From Alphaproteobacteria bacterium (GTDB lineage: Bacteria > Pseudomonadota > Alphaproteobacteria > RF32 > CAG-239): 40,355 nucleotides of DNA. The stretch covers positions 1 to 40,355 of the forward strand of contig JBGVOY010000025.1 of NCBI GenBank assembly GCA_045126755.1. Direction: 5' to 3'. Made by a program: the position numbers and the translations under genes. The notes beneath the pieces were generated by a model. That model was not told the DNA's origin and did no database searches. It saw only the letters and a list, made by a program, of their open reading frames with translations. Positions within the stretch are counted from its first letter, which is position 1. Each line of letters opens with the position of its first letter. Of the stretch, positions 8,751 through 17,094 are shown piece by piece.

Positions 8751-9815
8751 ATGACAGATGAATTTGTAGTCCAATTTTTTCAAGAAAATTTTTCTTACAC
8801 TCCAGAAAACTTAAAGTCTGGTGAAAACTCCGTATCTTTTCAGCACAATGGTTATAGAATAAGGTTTCCTAAAAAAGAAAGCTCTATTCAAGATTATGAA
8901 AAAGAAGCATATATAAGTCGATACATAACAGAAAGAGATCCTGATTTAGCCATTCCAATTGTTGAAGTTAAAGAAAAAAATGGTCAAAAGTTTTCTGTGC
9001 ATCAAGAAATTGAGGGGAAAACATTAATTGGTAGATTACCTGAAGATAAAGACAACATACATTTTGAAAGTTTATCTAGTTCAGAAAGAAAAAAATTGGC
9101 AAAAGACATCGGTGTATTTTTGGCAAAATTACATAACATTTCATTGCAAGACGCAGATAGAGAAATTGTAAAATCCAAACAAATGGGGATACAGGCAGAG
9201 GATAATCCTAATTTTATGGAAAAAAATGAAACACTTTATAGAGATTTAGGCATAGAATACAAGCCCATAAAAACAAATCAAGAAGATTTAGTCCTATCTC
9301 ATAATGACTTTCATGGTGGCAATTTTATTTTAGATGAAGAAAATAATTTTAAAGGTGCAATTGATCTAGGAGAGGCTGGAATAAATTATCGTTATAAAGA
9401 TTTTATGTCTTTATATTCTTCGTATGGTAGAGAATTTATACGGGATGTCGTTAGCTCATATAATGAAATTAGTACAACATCTATATCTATGGAAGAACTC
9501 GATTTTCATTATTTAAATAAAGTTGCGGATTTTGCGCACTATGCTGCAAGACCAGAATATGCAGAAAAATCTCATCAATTACAAAAGATGTTTGACAAAT
9601 GCATAAGTGATTATAAAAGCGATAAGTCTCAAGAAAATGTTGAGAAAGAGCTTGCAAAAACGCGTCAAAAGATATCAGAAAATAAGTCACCGGATAAAAG
9701 CATCGCTGAATTGCGTGGAATATTATCTGTAACCAAAGCACCTTACAAACCACAAGAAATAACGATAGCTCCTAATACTTTACGTTTACATCAAAGCAAA
9801 AAACAAAATGATTAA
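8751..9815 (+). CDS. Aminoglycoside-phosphotransferase (APH)/choline-kinase-fold kinase with a Lys/Ser-rich C-terminal tail
   Basis: It has LSHNDFHGGNFIL (catalytic HxDxxxxN loop) and IDLGEAG (DxG metal-binding motif). GAGGT lies upstream of the ATG. The last ~65 aa are low-complexity. Confidence 0.8.
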   Translation: MTDEFVVQFFQENFSYTPENLKSGENSVSFQHNGYRIRFPKKESSIQDYEKEAYISRYITERDPDLAIPIVEVKEKNGQKFSVHQEIEGKTLIGRLPEDKDNIHFESLSSSERKKLAKDIGVFLAKLHNISLQDADREIVKSKQMGIQAEDNPNFMEKNETLYRDLGIEYKPIKTNQEDLVLSHNDFHGGNFILDEENNFKGAIDLGEAGINYRYKDFMSLYSSYGREFIRDVVSSYNEISTTSISMEELDFHYLNKVADFAHYAARPEYAEKSHQLQKMFDKCISDYKSDKSQENVEKELAKTRQKISENKSPDKSIAELRGILSVTKAPYKPQEITIAPNTLRLHQSKKQND

Positions 9816-9860
9816 AAGAGTTTAGCTCAAAGATTGCGTGTCGTCTCCAGCCAGAGTTCA

Positions 9861-10055
9861 AAAGTCGTCAGGATTTGAGCAAACGAATTTTGTTTGCGAA
9901 AACGTGCTAACCCGAAAGTGGCGCTGTGCCTTGCGTGCGCCAAATAGCGACTTTTTTTTTGTTATTTTCCAAGCACTTAAGCTAGTTCGAAGATGAATAT
10001 GTTTTGGATGCTTGTTTTACAACATCTTCGAACTCACTTTTTATATTTTTCAATA
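9861..10055 (+). repeat. Copy B of the ~190-bp structured intergenic repeat
   Basis: Aligns with 8446-8636 in the same orientation, with scattered substitutions and small indels in the T-runs. In copy B the module 2 stem is 11 bp (GTTCGAAGATG/CATCTTCGAAC). Confidence 0.85.
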
Positions 10056-10090
10056 GTATGCATTTTGTATAAATCTTAATACAAATAAAT

Positions 10091-10119
10091 TTGACATATT
10101 TAAAGAAAAATGATACAAT
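10091..10119 (+). promoter_or_regulatory. Near-consensus sigma-70 promoter
   Basis: TTGACA (10091-10096), 17-nt spacer, TGaTACAAT (-10 at 10114-10119). Confidence 0.65.
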
Positions 10120-10149
10120 ATGATATGTTTATTGGTAAGGAGTAATTTT

Positions 10150-10845
10150 ATGGCAAATTGGATAAAAAAAATAAGAGATTTTTTCTTAAGTGATGAACCT
10201 CAGACCGAACAACAAGAATTAGTTGAAAAGCCTCAAAAAGAAAAGACATCCCCAAAAAAGAAAACACCTCAACAACAAAAAAAACGTAAGACATACACTT
10301 TTGATGATTTAGCATTTAGTTATGATAATTACTCTGTTCTTGCCGGTAGAGGTGTTAGCATAACTTCTTATTTAAGATTTGATAATGGATATTCCATGTA
10401 TGTTTCTGTGGCTAACTTCGCGAATGAAAACTTTCTTCATTCTAAAAAAGATTTTTTAGAACATGACTATCTATCTGCCTATAAAATAACTATTGAAGAC
10501 CCTAAACATTGTCGAAACAATACTTGCTTAAACGAAGATGGAGAAAGTATTTTAGCTTATAGCAAAAAAGATGTTACAAGGGTGATGAAACAAATTCAGC
10601 AATTAGATGAGAATGGGCAATTACCTAAAGTAGATACAAAAATAAAAGTTGAAGCAAGAAAAAATAATATTAAAAAAGCAAGAGATTTAAGAAAAGAGCT
10701 GGAAAAACGCAATAAAGAGGAGCGTATTTCAGGAGTTGTCATTGCTGATAATATTGCCAAGAAAATTATTTCCGGTGAAGAAAAAAGACAAATAACACCT
10801 GATGTTGTTGCAGAATATAAAAAACAAGCCTTACATAATAAATAA
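10150..10845 (+). CDS. Hypothetical protein with a Lys/Gln-rich N-terminal region
   Basis: AAGGAG (10137-10142) precedes the ATG at 10150. The track start at 10120 abuts the -10 box and is unlikely. I recognise no motif. Confidence 0.7.
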   Translation: MANWIKKIRDFFLSDEPQTEQQELVEKPQKEKTSPKKKTPQQQKKRKTYTFDDLAFSYDNYSVLAGRGVSITSYLRFDNGYSMYVSVANFANENFLHSKKDFLEHDYLSAYKITIEDPKHCRNNTCLNEDGESILAYSKKDVTRVMKQIQQLDENGQLPKVDTKIKVEARKNNIKKARDLRKELEKRNKEERISGVVIADNIAKKIISGEEKRQITPDVVAEYKKQALHNK

Positions 10846-10873
10846 TTTAATAAAATAAATATTATCGTTTGAT

Positions 10874-10904
10874 AAAAAAATCTCCTATAAAGGAGATTTT
10901 TTTA
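10874..10904 (+). terminator. Rho-independent terminator
   Basis: AAAAATCTCCT-ATAA-AGGAGATTTTTTT. Confidence 0.75.
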
Positions 10905-11002
10905 TAGCTACTGCTTCTTTACCTTATTTTGAACAATAATGTAAAGAATAATCAATGCAAAAAACAATGAAATTGCATTAAAGAGTATCATTTGAACAGA
11001 AT

Positions 11003-11041
11003 GTAAATACCGGAAAAACCGTATATCAACCTGAAAGATAA
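11003..11041 (+). pseudogene. Remnant of a deaminase paralog (3' end; possibly a collapsed gene from ~10945)
   Basis: 34 of 39 nt are identical to 16676-16714, the 3' end of the deaminase CDS. All five differences are synonymous, so it still encodes VNTGKTVYQPER-stop. An in-frame stop lies 7 codons upstream. There is weaker, gapped similarity of 10945-10997 to 16205-16250, including an identical caatgcaaaa 10-mer. Confidence 0.55.
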
Positions 11042-11052
11042 TAGGCTCTAAC

Positions 11053-11089
11053 AAAAAAAACTCTTGCTTTATTAGCAAGAGTTTTTTTT
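11053..11089. terminator. Bidirectional hairpin terminator
   Basis: AAAAAAAACTCTTGCT-TTAT-TAGCAAGAGTTTTTTTT lies directly downstream of the minus-strand hydrolase gene. Confidence 0.75.
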
Positions 11090-11090
11090 G

Positions 11091-11882
11091 TTACATACGT
11101 TGCAACCAATTATAAATTAATTCTGGAGTTTCTTCTGCCCAAAAAACCTCTCGATGCCCCTTTTCTGCCAACAAATGCAACTCTGCGTTATTTTTTCTTT
11201 GTTCGTATAATATTTTTGCATGATGGACAGGAACTAAAGTATCAGTAGTTCCGTGAATAATTAAAATCGGTGCTGTAAATTTTTGAATAGTTTTTTCAGA
11301 TGGATAATCATCTTTTAATATCCAATTAGAAAATGGATATTTTTCTGCAACCAAGCGAGATAATGATGCAAAAGGAGAAATTAGAGCCAATCCATCAACA
11401 TTTCTTTTGCTTGACAAACCAATTGAAGCAGCACACCCAAATGAATTTCCGATAACAATTATTTTGGAATATCCTCTCTTTTTAATCCAATCATATATCT
11501 CTGCTCCGTCTGAAAACATTTTATCTTGATTTATTTTACCTTCTGAATTGCCATATCCTCTATATTCAGCTAAAAAAACTCCATATCCATCTTTACTAAA
11601 ACGCATTATTTGAGGTGCAAATTCTGCAATTTGCCCACGATTACCATGAAAAAATAATATAGCAGGAAAATTCTTATCACCATCTTTTATCCATGTCATA
11701 ATTTTTGTACCATCAGACATGGTTAACATATTTTCGCTAACATCATTTAAATTGGCTTTTTGTGGTGAAATATAGTCTTTATCAGGCTTAAACAACAATT
11801 TATCTTGCATTAGAAATAAAGTTGTTAAATATAAAATAAATAAGCAAACAACACCACTTAACAAACAAACAATCTTTTTCAT
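11091..11882 (-). CDS. Membrane-anchored alpha/beta hydrolase (BEM46-like)
   Basis: N-terminal TM segment, FFHGNRG, nucleophile elbow GNSFG, and C-terminal D...GH. Confidence 0.8.
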   Translation of the reverse strand: MKKIVCLLSGVVCLFILYLTTLFLMQDKLLFKPDKDYISPQKANLNDVSENMLTMSDGTKIMTWIKDGDKNFPAILFFHGNRGQIAEFAPQIMRFSKDGYGVFLAEYRGYGNSEGKINQDKMFSDGAEIYDWIKKRGYSKIIVIGNSFGCAASIGLSSKRNVDGLALISPFASLSRLVAEKYPFSNWILKDDYPSEKTIQKFTAPILIIHGTTDTLVPVHHAKILYEQRKNNAELHLLAEKGHREVFWAEETPELIYNWLQRM

Positions 11883-12061
11883 ACATTATCCTTTTATTAA
11901 CAGGAAACAAAGCACAAATACAAAGTATGCTTAAAACACTTTTGACATATATTTGTATCAGACAATAGCGAATGTCAATAAATAACTTGATATTTTTCAA
12001 TTTTTATGATATTTACACACCATTAAAATTCTTATCCTACAATGCTCACAAACAGTATAAC

Positions 12062-12874
12062 ATGAAAAAATTTTATTTACTTGTTTTAACATTTATGCTT
12101 CTCGGTTGTTCATTCTTAAGCAGTGAGCGAAGTGTTTTGTTACAAAATAATCAAGGACAATCTATATATGTTAAAATCCATAATAAAACCGGTAGTAAAT
12201 TAGCATTTATCTTACATGGTTTAGCTTCTGATATGAATCATCAAGTTGTGCAATCGGCCAAAAAAGCTTTTTTAGATAACGGATATACTGTTGTTACTTT
12301 TGATGCCAGATATTCTTTAGGTAAAAGTTATGGTAACGTTTCTAATGCTTCTTTAAATACATTTTTAGAAGATTTAGAAACTGTTGTAAACTGGGCTAAG
12401 GAACAAGATTTTTACCATGAACCATTTGCCGTTGCCGGACATTCACTTGGAGGCGCCGCAACTATTTTATATTCTCATAACAATGATAATATAAATTTTT
12501 TAATACCCGTTGCACCGGTTGTCGGCGGACAACAGTGGGAAAATTCATGTATGAACAACATGCCTGATTTTTGTAAACAATGGAAAGAAAAAGGTTATTA
12601 TGAATATAAACTAAAGGAAAAATCTGCAAACATTTTTTACACAGTCGTTGATAATGCAAAATCGTATAACGCATTAGAATTGGCACAAAACATTAAAACT
12701 CCTACATTATTTGTTATTGCAGAAAAAGATAGAGTAATTGAAGAAAAAGATGTGAAAAAGCTTGCAGATATAATGAATGCAAAGATTGCAAAAATCTCTC
12801 AAAGCACACACAATTTTACAACGAATAAAAATCAAAACGATTTATATCAAGCTATTTATGACTTTATAAAATAA
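12062..12874 (+). CDS. Lipoprotein alpha/beta hydrolase
   Basis: MKKFYLLVLTFMLLGC carries a lipobox and GHSLGG is the nucleophile elbow. The track start at 11972 was trimmed to the ATG at 12062. Confidence 0.8.
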   Translation: MKKFYLLVLTFMLLGCSFLSSERSVLLQNNQGQSIYVKIHNKTGSKLAFILHGLASDMNHQVVQSAKKAFLDNGYTVVTFDARYSLGKSYGNVSNASLNTFLEDLETVVNWAKEQDFYHEPFAVAGHSLGGAATILYSHNNDNINFLIPVAPVVGGQQWENSCMNNMPDFCKQWKEKGYYEYKLKEKSANIFYTVVDNAKSYNALELAQNIKTPTLFVIAEKDRVIEEKDVKKLADIMNAKIAKISQSTHNFTTNKNQNDLYQAIYDFIK

Positions 12875-12877
12875 TTA

Positions 12878-13438
12878 CTATACCAAATTATCTATATTGT
12901 CTTTTGCTTTTGCTAAAATATCTTCCACATTATTACCGTAAACATCCAAACCTTCGGCTTTTATTAAAACAACATCTTTTATTCCATAAAATATCTTACT
13001 TAAAGCTTCGATATACTTGAAACCAAAATCATCAGGACCATATCCGCCTTTAGTTGTTACATAATAAAGTTTTTTAGCTTTACATAACGAAACTATTTCA
13101 CCTTTTGCAGAATAATCAAATACTACCTTTAAAACATTTATATACTCAAAAAAAACTTTTAACATTGATGGAAAAGACAAATCCCAGTAAGGTGCAGCAA
13201 CAACAATAATATCTGATTTTGCAAAATCTTTGGCATATGAAAACACTTTATCATTAAAGTTTCTCTCTGATATTAACTTATCTCTTTTTTGCAAAATACT
13301 ATCATCAACAGGTGCTATTTTTTCTTCAGTCAGCACTATTTCTTTGACCTCACCACCGATTTTATTAACCAAATAATCAGCTAATATTTTTGTTCGTGAA
13401 TTTTTTCTTATGCAAGAATTGATATAAAATGTCTTCAT
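12878..13438 (-). CDS. Flavodoxin-like-fold NAD(P)H oxidoreductase (AzoR-like)
   Basis: 186 aa. VAAPYWDLSFPSMLK resembles the AzoR/flavodoxin-like FMN-binding segment. Confidence 0.7.
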   Translation of the reverse strand: MKTFYINSCIRKNSRTKILADYLVNKIGGEVKEIVLTEEKIAPVDDSILQKRDKLISERNFNDKVFSYAKDFAKSDIIVVAAPYWDLSFPSMLKVFFEYINVLKVVFDYSAKGEIVSLCKAKKLYYVTTKGGYGPDDFGFKYIEALSKIFYGIKDVVLIKAEGLDVYGNNVEDILAKAKDNIDNLV

Positions 13439-13613
13439 GTTATTCTCTTTAAATGTTTTATTTTACATAAATATATTATCTGCAGTAATTTTTTTCAACA
13501 GTTAATTTGAGTAACAGCAATTAATTTGTAGAGCGCAATCCCCTCATCTTCTCACAACATCATCCGGTTCAAATTCATTGAAAAAACGGTGGGGCAAAAC
13601 CAAAAAATATGAG

Positions 13614-13642
13614 TTGACCTATTTTTCCTCTTATGATATAAG
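13614..13642 (+). promoter_or_regulatory. Putative sigma-70 promoter of gpt
   Basis: TTGACC, 17-nt spacer, TGaTATAAG. Confidence 0.5.
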
Positions 13643-13674
13643 GCGAAAGTTATTTATCTTTAGAGAGGTATAGT

Positions 13675-14103
13675 ATGAAGAATATTACATTTGCAGAAGT
13701 CAAAGATGCTTGCCAAATTATTGCTGATAAAATTAAATCTGAAAACCCGGAAAAAATTACAATTGCAGCAGTTTCTCGCGGAGGACTTATTCCGGCAACC
13801 ATAATATCACACTTGCTCGGAATTAAAGATATCAGATTTATCAGACTATCCTCTTATACAAATGACCATCAACAATCTGAGCTTATTGATACAACTTGTG
13901 ATGATGTCCTTAATGAAAAAACGACATACATAATAGATGATATTTGTGACAGTGGTGAAACACTACTCTACTTGCGCAAAAAATATCCGTTGGCAAAACT
14001 TTACACCGTTATAAATAAAAACCCGACAATAAAACCAGATTTTGCAGCAATCACAGAGCCTATGGGTTTATGGATAACATTCCCTTGGGAAACTATTGAA
14101 TAG
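13675..14103 (+). CDS. gpt: Xanthine-guanine phosphoribosyltransferase
   Basis: It has AVSRGGLIP, SSY, a PRPP loop YIIDDICDSGETL and C-terminal FPWE, and is collinear with E. coli Gpt as I recall it. Confidence 0.85.
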   Translation: MKNITFAEVKDACQIIADKIKSENPEKITIAAVSRGGLIPATIISHLLGIKDIRFIRLSSYTNDHQQSELIDTTCDDVLNEKTTYIIDDICDSGETLLYLRKKYPLAKLYTVINKNPTIKPDFAAITEPMGLWITFPWETIE

Positions 14104-14214
14104 TGTTTGTTCAGCTCAAAGATTATAATAAAAAATAACAAAATATTTATTCCAATAATAAGTTGATTTATGACAACAATAATGTTATAAGAATATATAT
14201 TGGGGAATAAGCTT

Positions 14215-15657
14215 ATGGAAAATAGCGAACGCATTAAACTATCCACTGAATTAGGGCTCATAGTTGCAAAAGAGCTCAAGGAAAAGTATGGAATAGACAA
14301 ATGGAAAGATGGCAGTATTACCACTTTTACTTTTACCAAAGAAGAACTGTCTTATATCCAGACATTGACAATTAAAGACACCCATCAAGGCGATTTGGTT
14401 GGGATTGAGCATTTTCCGTCATTAAAGAGTTTAACTATTGATAGTTCAAAGAGCCGCAGAAATTTAGATGAATACACTCACCCAAAAAACATAAGATCTA
14501 TTAACGACAAAGATATTGCGAGCATAGAAAAATGCGCAAATCTTGAAAGTTTAACAATTATAAATCAGCCCCTTATTACAGAAATAGACTTAAGTGGAAT
14601 GCCTAAATTAGATGATGTAAATATTATCCATAATATGAATCTGGAAAAAATTCACGGGATTGATAAATTACACGGCCTAACGTCATTAACATGTTATGGA
14701 AATAATTCATTGTATGAGTTTGATGGTTTAGATAAAGCTATTATTCAAAACAGAGAACACTTTGATGAGCTTAATTTAGATGTTTTACTCTTTCCTAAAG
14801 CCATAGACTACAAACCTGATGGTTCATATAATCAAGAAGCATTAGTGGCTTTAGAAGACATTAACGGCTTAAGCAGAGGTCTTAATAATGTTAAATGGTG
14901 TGAAAATATAACCAATCATTCTGCTGTTAAAATATCTCATCATGAAATGCTTACAATGCACAACAAAGCATGTCAGATTTTACACGATATATGTTCTCCT
15001 ACTGCCAGTCTGCCGGAAACGGTTTTGGCTGTTGAAAAATATTTGGCTGAAAATGTTTCTTATGATGATGAATCTCTTAAAACCGGACACACCAAATATA
15101 AAGATAATATCTTAGACGGACATAAATACGGTTCAAATGGTGCTTATGAATGTTTGATGAAAAGTTGTTGTGTTTGTGAAGGTTACACAAGAGGAGAGCA
15201 ATATCTGCTTGCCCTCAAGGGTATTAAAACTCGTAACGTGTACTGTATTGGCACTCCTGACACACTGGGAATGGCAGACCATTCCAAAAAAAATGATAGC
15301 CAGAAAGATTATATCTTACCCCGAGAGGGCTATCATAGCATTATTTACATTGAAGGAGGTTATGGCTTATATAGTGACCCTTGTTGGAATGCATGTCGTT
15401 ACCAACAGGGCGACAAATCGTTACCGTATAGCCTTTTAACAAAAGAAGAAATCGGCAAATCGCATACACTTTCTTTTGAAGAACGATCACACGGATTAAG
15501 CATAAGAGCCGTAACTCGTTCACAAATTGCACAATCCATTGAGCGCAATACATTGTTTCAAAAATCTCTCACAAGTGAAGTTGCTGAACAAAGGAGAGTA
15601 TTACAACAAGATGTTATCGGCATAATCAGAGGTAAAGATGGAAAATCATATCAGTAA
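14215..15657 (+). CDS. Leucine-rich-repeat protein fused to a transglutaminase-like (papain-fold) cysteine protease core
   Basis: The N-terminal half has internalin-like LRRs (FPSLKSLTI, CANLESLTIINQPLITEIDLSGMPKLDDVNI, LHGLTSLTC). The C-terminal half has a Cys-His-Asp arrangement: CVCEGYTRGEQYLL, GYHSIIYIE, LYSDPCW. ATG at 14215; the track start is a TTG at 14200. Confidence 0.75.
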   Translation: MENSERIKLSTELGLIVAKELKEKYGIDKWKDGSITTFTFTKEELSYIQTLTIKDTHQGDLVGIEHFPSLKSLTIDSSKSRRNLDEYTHPKNIRSINDKDIASIEKCANLESLTIINQPLITEIDLSGMPKLDDVNIIHNMNLEKIHGIDKLHGLTSLTCYGNNSLYEFDGLDKAIIQNREHFDELNLDVLLFPKAIDYKPDGSYNQEALVALEDINGLSRGLNNVKWCENITNHSAVKISHHEMLTMHNKACQILHDICSPTASLPETVLAVEKYLAENVSYDDESLKTGHTKYKDNILDGHKYGSNGAYECLMKSCCVCEGYTRGEQYLLALKGIKTRNVYCIGTPDTLGMADHSKKNDSQKDYILPREGYHSIIYIEGGYGLYSDPCWNACRYQQGDKSLPYSLLTKEEIGKSHTLSFEERSHGLSIRAVTRSQIAQSIERNTLFQKSLTSEVAEQRRVLQQDVIGIIRGKDGKSYQ

Positions 15658-16000
15658 AAGTCAGGTTTATGCTGAAGTTTATTCGGTTTTAAAAGCTTTA
15701 GGCAATCAATATATTCAAAAAATACCACAACCGGTTTTTAACACGATTGCAGCCAATCGTGATGAACAGTATGAGAAAAAAATTGATGAAGAAAAACCTC
15801 TTGAAGAACAAAACCTGTCTACAAAAACAATCGCTATGTTAGCTGCATTAAAAATGGACTACTGGTGCGAAACAGAACAAGAAAAACAATCTTTGCGAGC
15901 TATACTTAATTTGAATGAAGAAAAACAATCCGGTCGACCGTTATCAACAGACAGTAAGAAAGCCTGGATTGAAATGCTGAAAAATAAAGTTAAAAGATAG
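15638..16000 (+). CDS. Small acidic hypothetical protein, translationally coupled to the LRR-transglutaminase gene
   Basis: 120 aa. It overlaps the upstream CDS by 20 nt. I cannot name a catalytic motif. Confidence 0.6.
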   Translation: MENHISKSQVYAEVYSVLKALGNQYIQKIPQPVFNTIAANRDEQYEKKIDEEKPLEEQNLSTKTIAMLAALKMDYWCETEQEKQSLRAILNLNEEKQSGRPLSTDSKKAWIEMLKNKVKR

Positions 16001-16171
16001 TGTTTATTTAACTGCGTTTTCCAAAACGGAATAAGAAAATAAATTTTAAAACATTCAAATTTTAAAGTCCGGTTATAACCGAACATCTTTTAATTTTGCT
16101 TGACTAATTTTGCTTTTCATATACATTTTATGGCATTATTTGTAAAAATTACAATCTTGGGAGATTTATTT

Positions 16172-16714
16172 ATGTTAACAAACACACAAGTTGTTGCCAA
16201 TGAAGAAATAGACAATGCAAAACTTGAAAATGCCAAAAAGATTATTTTGCAACTTCAAGCAGAAATGGCAGACTATATTGCAAACGGTTCCGGCCCATTT
16301 TTAGCAGCAGTTTTTGATGACAAAGGGAACTTAATTTCAAAAACTGCAAACTCGGTTGTTTCTGAAACATGTTCTAATAATCATGCAGAAATGAACGCCA
16401 TTAAAATGGCACAAAAGAACCTTGGCACATATGACCTTTCAAAACACAATTTAAGCCTATACGTTACATCTGAACCATGCATGATGTGTATCGGTGGCAT
16501 TATGTGGTCCGGAATTAAGGCCGTTTATTATGGTGTTCCGTCAAAAAGGGTTGAAGAAATCACAGGTTTTGATGAAGGTTTTAAACCAAACTGGTTTGAA
16601 GAATTCAAAAACCGTGGGATTGTTGTTTACGGCAACATAGAAGTTGAAGAAGGCGAAAAAGTTTTACACAACTACGTAAACACCGGAAAAACCGTATATC
16701 AACCGGAACGCTAG
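16172..16714 (+). CDS. CDA-fold nucleoside/nucleotide (guanine/tRNA-adenosine-type) deaminase
   Basis: Zinc motifs HAEMNAI and PCMMCIGG are present. GGGAG lies upstream of the ATG at 16172. The track start at 16100 is a TTG. Confidence 0.8.
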   Translation: MLTNTQVVANEEIDNAKLENAKKIILQLQAEMADYIANGSGPFLAAVFDDKGNLISKTANSVVSETCSNNHAEMNAIKMAQKNLGTYDLSKHNLSLYVTSEPCMMCIGGIMWSGIKAVYYGVPSKRVEEITGFDEGFKPNWFEEFKNRGIVVYGNIEVEEGEKVLHNYVNTGKTVYQPER

Positions 16715-16726
16715 TTTAGAGAAAGC

Positions 16727-16757
16727 AAAAAGCCCCCTGCATGCAGGGGGCTTTTTA
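16727..16757. terminator. Strong hairpin terminator between convergent genes
   Basis: AAAAAGCCCCCTGC-AT-GCAGGGGGCTTTTT. Confidence 0.8.
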
Positions 16758-16769
16758 TATGAAGCTACT

Positions 16770-17030
16770 TTACTTTTTTATCTTCTTTACAATAATCATG
16801 TAAAGGATTATAAGAGCAAAGAACAGCGATATCGCATTGAACAATATCATCTGGATTGAGCTAAGGTATACACCATACGCAATCCATGATATCATGCCAA
16901 TACAATAGATGATGTATGTGCCCAATGATAAGCCTGACACATCTCTTGTCTTGATAGTCTGCAGTGTCTGAGGCAAGAATACCACAGCAGTGCAAATTCC
17001 GGCTATATAGCCCAACAGTTCTCCAAACAT
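16770..17030 (-). CDS. SemiSWEET / PQ-loop family transporter
   Basis: 86 aa with three TM helices and an LPQ motif (FLPQTLQTIKTRD). Confidence 0.75.
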   Translation of the reverse strand: MFGELLGYIAGICTAVVFLPQTLQTIKTRDVSGLSLGTYIIYCIGMISWIAYGVYLSSIQMILFNAISLFFALIILYMIIVKKIKK

Positions 17031-17094
17031 AATAAATCCTAATTAAGTTAATACATTGTATTTATATCACACTTTTAGATAAATGTAAATATGT

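Noticed and set aside
8446-10055. Whether the paired 190-bp repeats are a CRISPR array or integron attC sites.
   Set aside because: There are only two copies, they are far longer than CRISPR repeats, and 1.2 kb of ordinary gene separates them. Each unit is two separate hairpin modules rather than one imperfect dyad with RYYYAAC/GTTRRRY ends. No integrase or cas gene is in the window.
10120-10149. The ATG at 10120 as start of the hypothetical gene (track ORF).
   Set aside because: It directly abuts the -10 hexamer (10114-10119) of a near-consensus promoter. The in-frame ATG at 10150 has an AAGGAG Shine-Dalgarno sequence.
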